Of a stretch of 64,000 nt of DNA, positions 43,740 through 53,078 are shown piece after piece. Below the pieces are notes generated by a model. That model worked only from the letters and a program-made list of their open reading frames with translations. It was not told the origin of the DNA and searched no databases. Numbering within the stretch: position 1 is the stretch's first letter; every line of letters starts with the position of its first letter. Origin of the DNA: a bacterium (GTDB taxonomy: Bacteria > UBP15 > UBA6099); the NCBI GenBank assembly GCA_029564595.1, contig JAKQPS010000051.1, positions 23,348 through 87,347 of the forward strand, read 5' to 3'. The translations under genes were made by a program, and so were the position numbers.

Positions 43740-44462
43740 TTATTTGTTCCTCGCGTCCCGGTCGCTCATCATCTTAAGGAGAATCTCCGCTGCGTCCACG
43801 TCGTCGGGATGGTCAACCTCAATCCCGAACATCCTGTCCTGAATCACGTGGCCGATTCTTTCCCCAAGATATTTGTACGCGCCCGAAAGCCCTTCTGTTT
43901 TTTTCAGAGTTTCCATGCGCAGAGAGATGACCGCGCCGTCCGGCAGATAGTAATCAGGCAGGTCCTGCTGCCTGTAGAACTTGCATTCGTTGACTAGTTT
44001 GAGCGCAGGCCCGTCAAGCTTGAACATCCATTCCGGGCGTTGGTTCACCTTGAAGCACGACAGCGTGGATGTCAGGGATGGGTCGTCAATCAATTTCTGA
44101 ATCGTTTCGTCGATAAGCCCGTCCCGTCTGTAAGCGACGTTGGCAAGGAGCATGGTAACGATGTCCGCGCGCCAGCCGTCTCTCTGTGCGAGCGTCCGGG
44201 CGACATGTCTTAATGTGTCTTCAATCGCAGCGGTGTCGCCTGATATCTCGGCCGGGCGCATTAAGACGTCCACCCCTTCGGCCTTTGCGACGGCTGCTAT
44301 CTTCTCGTCGTCCGTCGAGCACACAAGCCTGTCGATAAGCTTGGACGCCTTGGCGTGCGTGAAAGTGTGAGCTATGAGAGGTTTGCCGGAAATCGGCATT
44401 ATGTTTTTGCCGGGAAGCCTTTTGCTGCCCCCCCTCGCCGGGACCACGCATAAAATATTCAT
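43740..44462 (-). CDS. CMP-sugar/acid cytidylyltransferase (CTP_transf_3: NeuA/KdsB/PseF type)
   Basis: CVVPARGGSKRLPGKNIMPISGKPLI signature. 240 aa. Its stop lies 2 nt before the B12-rSAM start. GGAGA RBS. Confidence 0.8.
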   Translation of the reverse strand: MNILCVVPARGGSKRLPGKNIMPISGKPLIAHTFTHAKASKLIDRLVCSTDDEKIAAVAKAEGVDVLMRPAEISGDTAAIEDTLRHVARTLAQRDGWRADIVTMLLANVAYRRDGLIDETIQKLIDDPSLTSTLSCFKVNQRPEWMFKLDGPALKLVNECKFYRQQDLPDYYLPDGAVISLRMETLKKTEGLSGAYKYLGERIGHVIQDRMFGIEVDHPDDVDAAEILLKMMSDRDARNK

Positions 44463-44493
44463 CGTATTCTCCGAAAGTTCAGACTTTTAAGAA

Positions 44494-44522
44494 GTTATAT
44501 GACAAGAGAAGAAATAGTTCAA
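44494..44522 (-). promoter_or_regulatory. sigma70-like promoter candidate (TTGAAC-17 nt-TATAAC) for the cytidylyltransferase/B12-rSAM pair
   Basis: On the minus strand, TTGAAC lies at 44522-44517 and TATAAC at 44499-44494, about 32 nt before ATG 44462. Confidence 0.35.
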
Positions 44523-44621
44523 CTTGTATTCATAACGTAGCGCGACTGGGATCGGACGGCATGTGGCTTATGTGTGTTGACTTCATTTTCGAAGGACAGC
44601 TTGACGCCTGTCTCCGCGTTT

Positions 44622-46904
44622 TCAGTCGTCAAAATCGTCGGAATCCTTCTCGTTTTCGTCGTGTTTAATCGATTTTAAAACGCTTTTCTCATAAGAGCCG
44701 AGTTCCTCAATGTCCTCAATATCCTCAGTTTCAAGGTGGGAATTCGGGTCTCCGGTGGCGCGGGCGTGTTCGAGCATGTTGATTGCGATGTTGGTTATGT
44801 GGCTGTTCACTCCGCGCAGGTTTCCAAGGATGTCGAGGTGTATCTGGCTGGTTCTGGATGTGTCGTCGTCCTGAGAGCAGAGGCGCTCGAGGTGCGCCAT
44901 CTGAAGGTTTTTGTAATATCTGATAAGCCGCTGTTTATCCCTGACTATTTCCTCAGCCGCTTTAAGGTCGTTGTTTCGGAACGCTTCCATCGCGCGCTCG
45001 AAGTTCTCTCCGACAAGCCCGTGGAATCTGTTAAGCTCCTTCCAGCCTTCTTCGCTGAAATAGAGTTTGTGTTCGACCAGTTGGGATATCTGCGGCATGA
45101 TATTTTTGGAGATGATGTCGCCGATTTTTTCCAGTTCGTCCGCATGGAAGAACATCTCAATGCGCCGTTTCGACTGGGTCTCGGATGATTTTCGCTGCGC
45201 AAGTTGTGTGAAATAGTCCTTGATGGACACTTCGAGGATATCCACCTTTTCGTCCACTTCGATAGCCTGATCCACGAACTCGATGTTGCGCTCCCTGAAG
45301 GCGGTCATGATGTCGTCTATCATGCGCTGTGTGTGTTTGAACATGCGGAGCAGTTCCCTGCGGGCTTGCCGTAGAGCAAGTTCGGGGATGTCCAATAGGA
45401 ACGGGTCGAGGTATTTCGGGCCGAATTTCTTCTGCGGAGGCGTTTTTTCTTCGGGGTAAATTAAATATATGATTCTTTCAAGTTGCCGAGTAAAAGGCAG
45501 GAAGAGCAGAGCTAATGCGACATTAATAACTGTATGCGCGTTCGCGACTTGCCTAGGCAAGTAGTCCGGATTAGTAACAGTATTCCAAGTGGCATTTGTC
45601 GTCCATATCGAAATATTCTGAACCAAAAATGCAAGCTGTTTTATAAGAAAGAAAAATATTATCACGCCAAGAATTTTGAAAGAGTAATGAGCTATTGCCA
45701 CACGCTTGGCTTCTCTTGAAGTTGTGCCGATAGTGGCAAGAGCGGCTGTAATACAGGTCCCGATATTTGCGCCGAATATCAAAGGAATCGCCGCGTTCAT
45801 TGTTATAAGGCCCTGAGAAGACAGAGCCACAACGAGACTTGTCGTTGCGCCACTGCTTTGCACTATTGATGTGAAGATTGTTGAAGCTAGCAATGCTATA
45901 AAAGGATTCTCTGTTTTTGCCATCATGTCGACAAAAGGCGGAAATTCGCACAGAGGATTCATCACGTCGCCCATTACTTTTAAACCGAAAAACAGTATGC
46001 CGAATCCGAGAATGACTTTCCCCAAATAAAGAACGTTGTCTTTTTTTCCTGCTGCGAGTTGTAGAATGAATCCTGCGCCTATAAACATTAACGCATAATC
46101 TGTGAATTTAAATGCGACTATCTGAGCTGTTATAGTGCTTCCTATGTCAGCTCCGAGAATAACTCCTATAGCTTGACGCAGGCTCATCAGTCCGGCGTTA
46201 GTAAATCCCACTAGCATCACTGTGGTCGCGCTGGAGCTTTGCATTGCCGCTGTAACAACCATTCCCACGACCAATCCATAAACGCGGTGTTTGGTCAACG
46301 CGCCGAGGATGGTTTTCATCTGGTCGCCCGCCCAGTCGCGCAGGCCGTTTCCCATCATGTCCATTCCGAAAAGAAATAGCCCGAGGCCTCCAAGCAGGCC
46401 TGTTATCAGGAAAAACACCCAATTTTTGCTCTTTCCAGAAATATGAAAATACACATTCGGTTCTTCGGACTCGTTCCCAAGAACTGTTGCCTGAATGATA
46501 TATTTTCCTTCTTTTTCTCCTAAAACGAGGTCCGTTGAAGCCGTTCCTTTAGAGTTGGTCTCAATCTCCGCATTAGCAAGGTTTGTTCCGTTTCCTTTTG
46601 AAGGGTCTTCGACGACGTTGAAATATATTGTGATACCCGTGGCCGGATGGCCGTCTTCCAGCGCCATGACGGTCAGAGGTATCGGCGCTTTCTGCCCCGC
46701 TATGACAAATTGACCGTCGCCCCTGAATTTTGTGAGAGTGATTTGAGACCCTGTCCGCTCGATTATCGACTGCGAGCCGTTTGTTCCGATTTTCTGCTCG
46801 GCAAGCAGGGTGGATATCTTGGGAGCCGCCATCATCATCAGCATCATGAGCGTGAAAAGAAGATACAAACGCTTATGAAATGTTTTGTCGGATAAGATGT
46901 TCAT
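44622..46904 (-). CDS. Na+/phosphate (NaPi-II type) cotransporter with C-terminal PhoU-like domain and N-terminal Ig-like extracellular domain
   Basis: Duplicated QSSSATT/QSSGATT NaPi repeats and C-terminal PhoU-like helices. N-terminal aa ~45-170 are Big-like (ITIYFNVVED...TNSKGTASTDLVLGEKEGKYIIQATV). AAGGA lies 7 nt before ATG 46904; GTG 46928 is the alternative start. Confidence 0.8.
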   Translation of the reverse strand: MNILSDKTFHKRLYLLFTLMMLMMMAAPKISTLLAEQKIGTNGSQSIIERTGSQITLTKFRGDGQFVIAGQKAPIPLTVMALEDGHPATGITIYFNVVEDPSKGNGTNLANAEIETNSKGTASTDLVLGEKEGKYIIQATVLGNESEEPNVYFHISGKSKNWVFFLITGLLGGLGLFLFGMDMMGNGLRDWAGDQMKTILGALTKHRVYGLVVGMVVTAAMQSSSATTVMLVGFTNAGLMSLRQAIGVILGADIGSTITAQIVAFKFTDYALMFIGAGFILQLAAGKKDNVLYLGKVILGFGILFFGLKVMGDVMNPLCEFPPFVDMMAKTENPFIALLASTIFTSIVQSSGATTSLVVALSSQGLITMNAAIPLIFGANIGTCITAALATIGTTSREAKRVAIAHYSFKILGVIIFFFLIKQLAFLVQNISIWTTNATWNTVTNPDYLPRQVANAHTVINVALALLFLPFTRQLERIIYLIYPEEKTPPQKKFGPKYLDPFLLDIPELALRQARRELLRMFKHTQRMIDDIMTAFRERNIEFVDQAIEVDEKVDILEVSIKDYFTQLAQRKSSETQSKRRIEMFFHADELEKIGDIISKNIMPQISQLVEHKLYFSEEGWKELNRFHGLVGENFERAMEAFRNNDLKAAEEIVRDKQRLIRYYKNLQMAHLERLCSQDDDTSRTSQIHLDILGNLRGVNSHITNIAINMLEHARATGDPNSHLETEDIEDIEELGSYEKSVLKSIKHDENEKDSDDFDD

Positions 46905-47316
46905 CTGTCTTTCCTTGTGTAAGTTCACCCCTTCGGTTGTCCGCCGGGGACAACCGACCGGATGATTATATGTAACGCATTGAAAAAATTTTAGGGCTTT
47001 GCGCTAAAAAAACAAGGCTGTTTATTGAAAATTTAGCGATTTTCAAATCCCGGGAGAAAATTTTGTCGGATATCGTCTGGGCTTAAAATGTGCCGATTGG
47101 GAAATATTATGATAAAAATCCTTTTCACGCGAACATTTAAAAATATTCGTTTCATCCCATAACGATTCTTAAAAAACGGGCGCGATGAGTGAGGCAAAAA
47201 TATTAATCTCAAGGTAGTTGACTTTTCAGAATAATGAATCATTATAGTATACAATAGTGTCGCTTGACCATACTCAAAAATGGTCAAATATAGTGTAAAG
47301 GGGGGATTTTTATAAG

Positions 47317-47754
47317 ATGTATGGACCTCACCTGATTCTCGAAGGTTACGAAGCGCCTAAAAAGCGCCTCGGAAACGTCGGGCATATTTACGGAATGCTC
47401 GACAAATTCCCCGAAGTTATAGGCATGACGAAAATTATGCCTCCCCACGTGCAGAAATACCTAGGAGCCGGCGACCCAGTATGGGGAGTGTCCGGGTTTG
47501 TCATCATCGCTGAAAGCCACATAGCGGTGCATACGTATCCGGAAAAGAACTTTTTTGTGCTGGATGTTTTTTCATGCAAGGATTTCGATGATACGAAAGC
47601 TGTCGATTTCGTGGTTAAACAGCTAAGCCCGCTGAGGTATGAGCATAAACTTCTTTCACGTGGAGAGGATTATCCTAAAGATATAGTTGAATCTCGTTCG
47701 ATAGTTTGCGGAGACAGGAACAGGTTTCAAAGATCGGCCGGAAAGCCGGGTTGA
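47317..47754 (+). CDS. speH: S-adenosylmethionine decarboxylase proenzyme (pyruvoyl, class 1)
   Basis: GFVIIAESHIAVHTYPE contains the E-S self-cleavage site, followed by VLDVFSCKDFD. Confidence 0.85.
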   Translation: MYGPHLILEGYEAPKKRLGNVGHIYGMLDKFPEVIGMTKIMPPHVQKYLGAGDPVWGVSGFVIIAESHIAVHTYPEKNFFVLDVFSCKDFDDTKAVDFVVKQLSPLRYEHKLLSRGEDYPKDIVESRSIVCGDRNRFQRSAGKPG

Positions 47755-47858
47755 ATAAGATGCCCGAAGAATGAATTTTCGCGGCGGTTCCGACTACAAT
47801 GGAGCCGCCGTTTATTTTTACCGGCAATGCGGAATTGACGCAAGCTTGATTATTAGCG

Positions 47859-48818
47859 ATGGAGCAAAGAAGAAAGTTGTGCTTTCGGGAGGGCATAGTG
47901 GAAAATAAATTGGATCAACTTGAGTGTGATCCCGGAGAGTTCGACAATTTTTTGTCTTTGCCTCCGGAATACAGCGACCCGCAAAGCTCGGAGTTCGTCG
48001 TGTTCACGGCTCCTTTCGAGAAGACGACATCATACCGGAAGGGAACCGCGCTCGGTCCGGAAGCTATATTAGAGGCGTCTCATCAGGTGGAGTTGTTCGA
48101 TTTCGAGTTGGGGCGGTCCGCAGTGGAGAAAGGCATAGCCACCGACAGGTCGCTGGATGCTTTTTGCGATGGCGGCTATGAGAAGTTCGATACTGCCGCA
48201 AGAGCCGCCGCCGCTGCAACGATGCGGCGCGGGGCGACTCCGGTATTTATCGGCGGCGAACACTCGATATCTTTAGCTCCCGCAGCCGCCGCGCTCGAAC
48301 TGTATCCCGACCTGACGGTTGTTCAGATTGACGCGCACGCAGACCTGAGAGACAGCTATGACGGAGACAGACACAGTCACGCCTCGGTCATGAGGAGGAT
48401 TCTTGAGATTGACCCCGGCCTGGCGCAAGCGCTTCAAGTGGGAATCAGAAGCGGGTGCGCGGAGGAGTTCAGGACGGCTGAATCGGAGCCTCGGATAAGG
48501 ATGTTCACTGCGGTGGCGATTCATTCGGGGCGAGTGTCCATAGATGATATTCTGGACAGCGTGAAAGGCCGCGTGTATCTCACTATAGACCTTGATGGAA
48601 TAGACCCGGCCGAGGCTCCGGCGGTGGGCACTCCCGAACCCGGCGGGCTTTCGTGGAGATGGACTCTGGAGTTCATCGAGAGGCTTTGCGCGCTGTCGAA
48701 ACCGGTCGCTTTTGACCTCGTGGAGCTTTGCCCTATACCCGGCGATTTCAGGTCGGATTTCCTGTCCGCGAAACTAATCTACCGCATCATCGGGCTTATT
48801 GCCGGGCAAGCGAAATAG
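47859..48818 (+). CDS. speB: agmatinase / ureohydrolase family
   Basis: Mn-binding motifs IGGEHSIS, QIDAHADLRD and LTIDLDGIDP. The start may instead be GTG 47898, which is preceded by GGGAGGG. Confidence 0.8.
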   Translation: MEQRRKLCFREGIVENKLDQLECDPGEFDNFLSLPPEYSDPQSSEFVVFTAPFEKTTSYRKGTALGPEAILEASHQVELFDFELGRSAVEKGIATDRSLDAFCDGGYEKFDTAARAAAAATMRRGATPVFIGGEHSISLAPAAAALELYPDLTVVQIDAHADLRDSYDGDRHSHASVMRRILEIDPGLAQALQVGIRSGCAEEFRTAESEPRIRMFTAVAIHSGRVSIDDILDSVKGRVYLTIDLDGIDPAEAPAVGTPEPGGLSWRWTLEFIERLCALSKPVAFDLVELCPIPGDFRSDFLSAKLIYRIIGLIAGQAK

Positions 48819-48844
48819 TCCAACGCGCGAGTATCAGCCGATAA

Positions 48845-49867
48845 TCACTTATCCAAACCTAACAGGCGGTATGCGTTGGCGGAAAGAATGTTTTTGCGCG
48901 CTTCAGGCTCGCCTTCCGTGGCGATGAGCGTTTTTGCCAGAGGCATGACCAGCGGATAAAACGGCCAGTCCGTGCCGAACAGCATGCGCTCCGATCCAAC
49001 CTGTTCGATCATGTCCTGAATCTGGTGAGGGGGTTGGCCGTCGATTTCGAGCCAAGCGTTTTCATAAGTTTTCACAAGACTGATCGCTTCAGGGTAGAAG
49101 TTCATTCCCGCATGTCCAAGCACGAAGTTGGTTTCGGGGAAACTTTTTATCGGTTCCTCATAGAATTCCATTCCAGAGAATTTTCTCAGGAAGGAAGGTT
49201 CAAGGCCGTTGTATGAAGTGTGAAATAGAACGGGCAAGCCTGTTTTATTCCAGCGTTCGAGGAGTTTCATAACTTTAGGATGGCTTGGGGGGGCCATGTG
49301 GGCGTAAGGGTGAACCTTGAGGCCGCGAGCGCCGCGCTCGACACAGTCGTCCATTTTCTTTTCCCAATTTGCGCTGAAGGGATTGACGCCGCAGAAGGGA
49401 ATTAGCCTGTCCTCGCCCGCCGTGCAGTCGAGATAAGCGCCGGAAATGTCCGAGCCGAACCGCAAGTCCAGAGCTAGAACGACGCTCTTTTCAACGCCGG
49501 CTCTGTCCATCTCCGCTATCAGGTTCGGGACGGTGTAGGTTGCATTGGGGCCTTTGTTCGAGAAGAGAGTGGTGGAGTAATCGGAGAACATGCCGTTGCG
49601 GCGGACCTGCGTCAGGTTCACGCCGGAGTAAACGGAGAGGTCGAGAGCCGCGCGGCGTTCTGGGAAGTTGTGTTTTACGCTGGGAGTTTTTCGGTGGTAA
49701 TCGATTGGGGGCGCGGCAAGAAAATAGAAACCGAGGTGCGTGTGCATATCGACTATCGGCGGCGCGTCCGGAAGGTTGAGAGCGATTTTTCCGCGCTCGT
49801 TTAATTTGAAATAAGGAAGGTCTCTTAATGCGTAACAATCTTTGAATTTGAGTTCAGCAGCGTTCAT
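48845..49867 (-). CDS. amidohydrolase-2 family metal-dependent hydrolase
   Basis: VDMHTHLGF (HxH), VHPYAH, LGHAGM and FGTDWPF. GGAGG RBS. Confidence 0.7.
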   Translation of the reverse strand: MNAAELKFKDCYALRDLPYFKLNERGKIALNLPDAPPIVDMHTHLGFYFLAAPPIDYHRKTPSVKHNFPERRAALDLSVYSGVNLTQVRRNGMFSDYSTTLFSNKGPNATYTVPNLIAEMDRAGVEKSVVLALDLRFGSDISGAYLDCTAGEDRLIPFCGVNPFSANWEKKMDDCVERGARGLKVHPYAHMAPPSHPKVMKLLERWNKTGLPVLFHTSYNGLEPSFLRKFSGMEFYEEPIKSFPETNFVLGHAGMNFYPEAISLVKTYENAWLEIDGQPPHQIQDMIEQVGSERMLFGTDWPFYPLVMPLAKTLIATEGEPEARKNILSANAYRLLGLDK

Positions 49868-50085
49868 AAAGCATAACCTCCGATAATGGACGCGAGATGT
49901 TCAGTCCCATGCGTCTACATGTGCGATTATATGCCTCATGGGGCGCGGCGACAAAAATATTTTAATTATCGGTTATGAAATCAATTAAAGATAAAGATTG
50001 AAAAAGAGCGAGTTATTTGAGAAAATCAGGAGAGCATCTATGCGCGGAGACGAAACCGCGCGGGTTTGACGGGAGGCGTTTAGGT

Positions 50086-50961
50086 ATGTTTAAAGGAAGC
50101 ATCGCGGCGCTTATAACACCATTCAATGGCGGAAAGATAGACGAGAAGAAGCTAAGGCAACTGATCGATTGGCACGTTAAACACGGAACAAACGGCGTCG
50201 TGCCGACGGGCACGACCGGTGAGAGTCCCACGCTTACGCACGAAGAGCACATGAGGGTTGTGGAGATAACGGTCGAGCAGGCGGCGGGAAGGATTCCGGT
50301 GATAGCGGGAGCAGGGTCGAACTGCACGCGGGAGGCCGCGCAGTTAACGAAACACGCAGCGGAAGTGGGAGCCGACGGGGCTTTGTTGATAGCTCCTTAC
50401 TACAATAAACCCGGACAAAGAGGTATCTTCGCGCACTTCGCGGAAATATCGAAGAAAGTGGATATTCCTATCGTATTGTACAACCATGCAGGGCGAACCG
50501 GGGTGACTATCGAGCCTGAGACGGTCGTGGCGTTGGCGAAAGTCGGCAATTTCGTGGCGGTAAAGGATGCGAGCGGCGGGATAAATTATACGGCTGAAGT
50601 GCTGCAGAGAACGAGCGGCGCGGTTTCAATCCTGTCAGGGAACGACACGTGGACTCCGGCGCTTATGGCGCTGGGAGCTGTCGGGTGTATCTCGGTGGTG
50701 GCGAACATCGCTTCGAAAAAGCATGCGCAGATGATTTCTTTCCTCGCTTCCGGCGATCTGAAAAAAGGGATTAAATTGTATTACGAGTTGCTGCCGCTTA
50801 TGAAGGCTATGGATATGGACACCAACCCGATTCCAGTGAAAGAAGCGATGGGGATGATGGGGATGGCCGACCCTGCTCCGAGGCTTCCGCTTGTGAGGAT
50901 GGACGCAAAGAAGCGAGCGGAGCTAAGGGCGGTATTGAAGACTAGCGGGTTAGTGAAGTAA
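50086..50961 (+). CDS. dapA: 4-hydroxy-tetrahydrodipicolinate synthase
   Basis: ALITPF, VPTGTTGESPTLTHEEH, IVLYNHAGRTG and AVKDASG. GGGAGG lies before ATG 50086. Confidence 0.9.
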   Translation: MFKGSIAALITPFNGGKIDEKKLRQLIDWHVKHGTNGVVPTGTTGESPTLTHEEHMRVVEITVEQAAGRIPVIAGAGSNCTREAAQLTKHAAEVGADGALLIAPYYNKPGQRGIFAHFAEISKKVDIPIVLYNHAGRTGVTIEPETVVALAKVGNFVAVKDASGGINYTAEVLQRTSGAVSILSGNDTWTPALMALGAVGCISVVANIASKKHAQMISFLASGDLKKGIKLYYELLPLMKAMDMDTNPIPVKEAMGMMGMADPAPRLPLVRMDAKKRAELRAVLKTSGLVK

Positions 50962-50963
50962 CG

Positions 50964-51008
50964 CCGCGCGCGCCGACGGAACAAGCGCGGCGCGCGGGGC
51001 TTCTTAAA
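50964..51008 (+). terminator. GC-rich hairpin after dapA, weak T tract
   Basis: ccgcgcgc (50964-50971) pairs with gcgcgcgg (50990-50997), followed by ggcttcttaaa. Confidence 0.35.
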
Positions 51009-51115
51009 TAAAGTCTAACAATTAATGATATGGAGGCGGTTTCCGGATCGCGGGTATTATTCTGCCGCGCGGTTGCGCGCGGCTTCCGCCGCCCTGTCCG
51101 CCAAAGGGAAGAAAA

Positions 51116-52972
51116 ATGAGAATTGTGCAGTGGTTGCGCGTTATTGCCGCTATTGCCGTATCGGTCTGCGCGTCGCGCGCGGCGTTTGCGGCGGCGGAAT
51201 ATTCAATACGGATGGAGTCCAAGGAGATTATTTACGATATCGAAAAACAGACTGCCGTCTCGTGGCTGAAGACAGTCGTGGACGGGGATGGATACAGAGT
51301 GACGGCGGACAGGGTGGTTTTTGATTTCAGAAGCAACACGCTGAGGGCGGAAGGGAATGTTTCGCTGTATTACGCGTATCGCAGCGGATGGGGAATGTTT
51401 TTCATGGACGACATGGCCGGCGCCGACAAGGAGGAACGGATATCGGCGCGCGAAGTGATAATCAATGCGGAGTTTGCGGAGGCGCTGGTGTTTCCGGAGA
51501 GAGAGGGGCGCGCGCCTGTGGCGCTCGATTTGGAGTTGGGTCGTTTCACTCCGGCGCTTCGGGGAATGGACGAGGCTCCGGCGTTTCCGCCGATTTCGAA
51601 AGAAGATGTGGCGCTGTGTTATGAATTGTACTATCAATCGTCGGGAAAATTCATTCTGTACGACGCCACATACATCGAAAAAGGCGGAAAGCAGTATTAC
51701 AGTTCGGCGCTGATGGCCGACGGGCCGGATTTAAGAAGAAGGACCGCTTCGCTGCGAGGGTTGGAAATATCCGATTCCGGCGGCGTTATGTCCACCCGGT
51801 TCGAAGGGACCGTATGGTTGCAGAATGCTCCCCGCTCGGCGACATATATCGATGTGGAGTACATCCACACGAAGGATGAAGGGTTTTCTTTAGCCAGCCC
51901 GGCGCTGACGCATTTTCGATCATTCGCAAGTTTCGGGATAATCGCGTCCGGCGGAGGCGACGAGAGACAGAGAAACGGAAGCGCGGCGTTATTCGGATTC
52001 ACGGACAGCAGAAACGAGTTCATGGTTTCATACGCGCGCTCCACGCATGACTACGGAAGCGAGCTGAGCGGCGAGAACTATTCCGGATCGCGCCGCGCGA
52101 TTACGGCGGAGGGAACATTGTGGAGGGAAGCGGGAAGGGTCAGGGGTTATTACGCCGACGCCGCGAACGGAGGGTTGACGACCCGATTGCCCGCCGCCGG
52201 AGACAGCGACTATAAAACAAGAGCAAGATACGGGCATGTGATAGCAACGCTGGACCCGGTGGCGATGGCGCTGCCCGGAGCCAAGTTCGGCGCCGGGATG
52301 GTGGCCTCCAGATCGAAAGACAACAACGCATGGACCGTGACATCGTCAGGATTATTGCGGCTCGGCTCGGATAGGATGGACAGGCTGACAATTCAGCCAT
52401 ACGTTTTTACCGGGGCTGTCCCTGTGGGCGGCGCGACTTTTATTCATGGAGTATCGTATACGGCCACTTTTTCCGACTACAGACAGATGTCGCGGACGGT
52501 TGACGACGGAATTCCGGTCAGCGGATATGAGCAGACCGCGCATCAGTCTCACTATGAAACGACGGCCCGCGCGAGACTGCTTGCGCCGTTGGGAGGGCGG
52601 GTTTTTATAGACGCGTCATCCGAGTTCACAAAACAGAGCGGGATGGAAACATCGACCGCGATCGCCGGGCTGACTATCGCGCCGGGCGCTAGGGATTATG
52701 CTTTCGCGGGAGCTTCGTATGATTTCAACTCGGATGAATGGGACATCTTTCGTTTCGACTACAGGATGCGTTTAAAGGGCGGCGCGCGGCTCGCGTATTC
52801 GCTGAGATATGACTTGGTCGCTGACGAAATCATGAGCGAGACGATGGGATTGCAGGCAAGACTGGGCGGGGGCGCGATGTCTCTTTCTTACGACGAGTCC
52901 GACTCGCTCTATTATCTTAGATACAACACGCGGAACTGGTCGAGCGGAGCGCGCGGAATGATTCTCGACTGA
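51116..52972 (+). CDS. secreted hypothetical protein; the N-terminus is faintly OstA/LptD-N-like
   Basis: Signal peptide VIAAIAVSVCASRAAFA. The N-terminal part reads ...YRVTADRVVFDFRSNTLRAEGNVSLYY. No clear beta-signal at the C-terminus, so function is open. Confidence 0.5.
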   Translation: MRIVQWLRVIAAIAVSVCASRAAFAAAEYSIRMESKEIIYDIEKQTAVSWLKTVVDGDGYRVTADRVVFDFRSNTLRAEGNVSLYYAYRSGWGMFFMDDMAGADKEERISAREVIINAEFAEALVFPEREGRAPVALDLELGRFTPALRGMDEAPAFPPISKEDVALCYELYYQSSGKFILYDATYIEKGGKQYYSSALMADGPDLRRRTASLRGLEISDSGGVMSTRFEGTVWLQNAPRSATYIDVEYIHTKDEGFSLASPALTHFRSFASFGIIASGGGDERQRNGSAALFGFTDSRNEFMVSYARSTHDYGSELSGENYSGSRRAITAEGTLWREAGRVRGYYADAANGGLTTRLPAAGDSDYKTRARYGHVIATLDPVAMALPGAKFGAGMVASRSKDNNAWTVTSSGLLRLGSDRMDRLTIQPYVFTGAVPVGGATFIHGVSYTATFSDYRQMSRTVDDGIPVSGYEQTAHQSHYETTARARLLAPLGGRVFIDASSEFTKQSGMETSTAIAGLTIAPGARDYAFAGASYDFNSDEWDIFRFDYRMRLKGGARLAYSLRYDLVADEIMSETMGLQARLGGGAMSLSYDESDSLYYLRYNTRNWSSGARGMILD

Positions 52973-53078
52973 ATGGCGAAATGCCGCGATTGAAACGCGG
53001 ATTGGCGTCAAGATATAAGATTTGCGCGGGGACATCAGGCCGGAAGGCCGCGAAAAACGGTTCCGCATGGAGAACAAA

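Noticed and set aside
49868-50085. Possible lysine riboswitch upstream of dapA
   Set aside because: Only one short hairpin (gcgcgg...ccgcgc) is present, the region is too short, and it lacks the multi-helix L-box core. It is probably just a promoter and leader.
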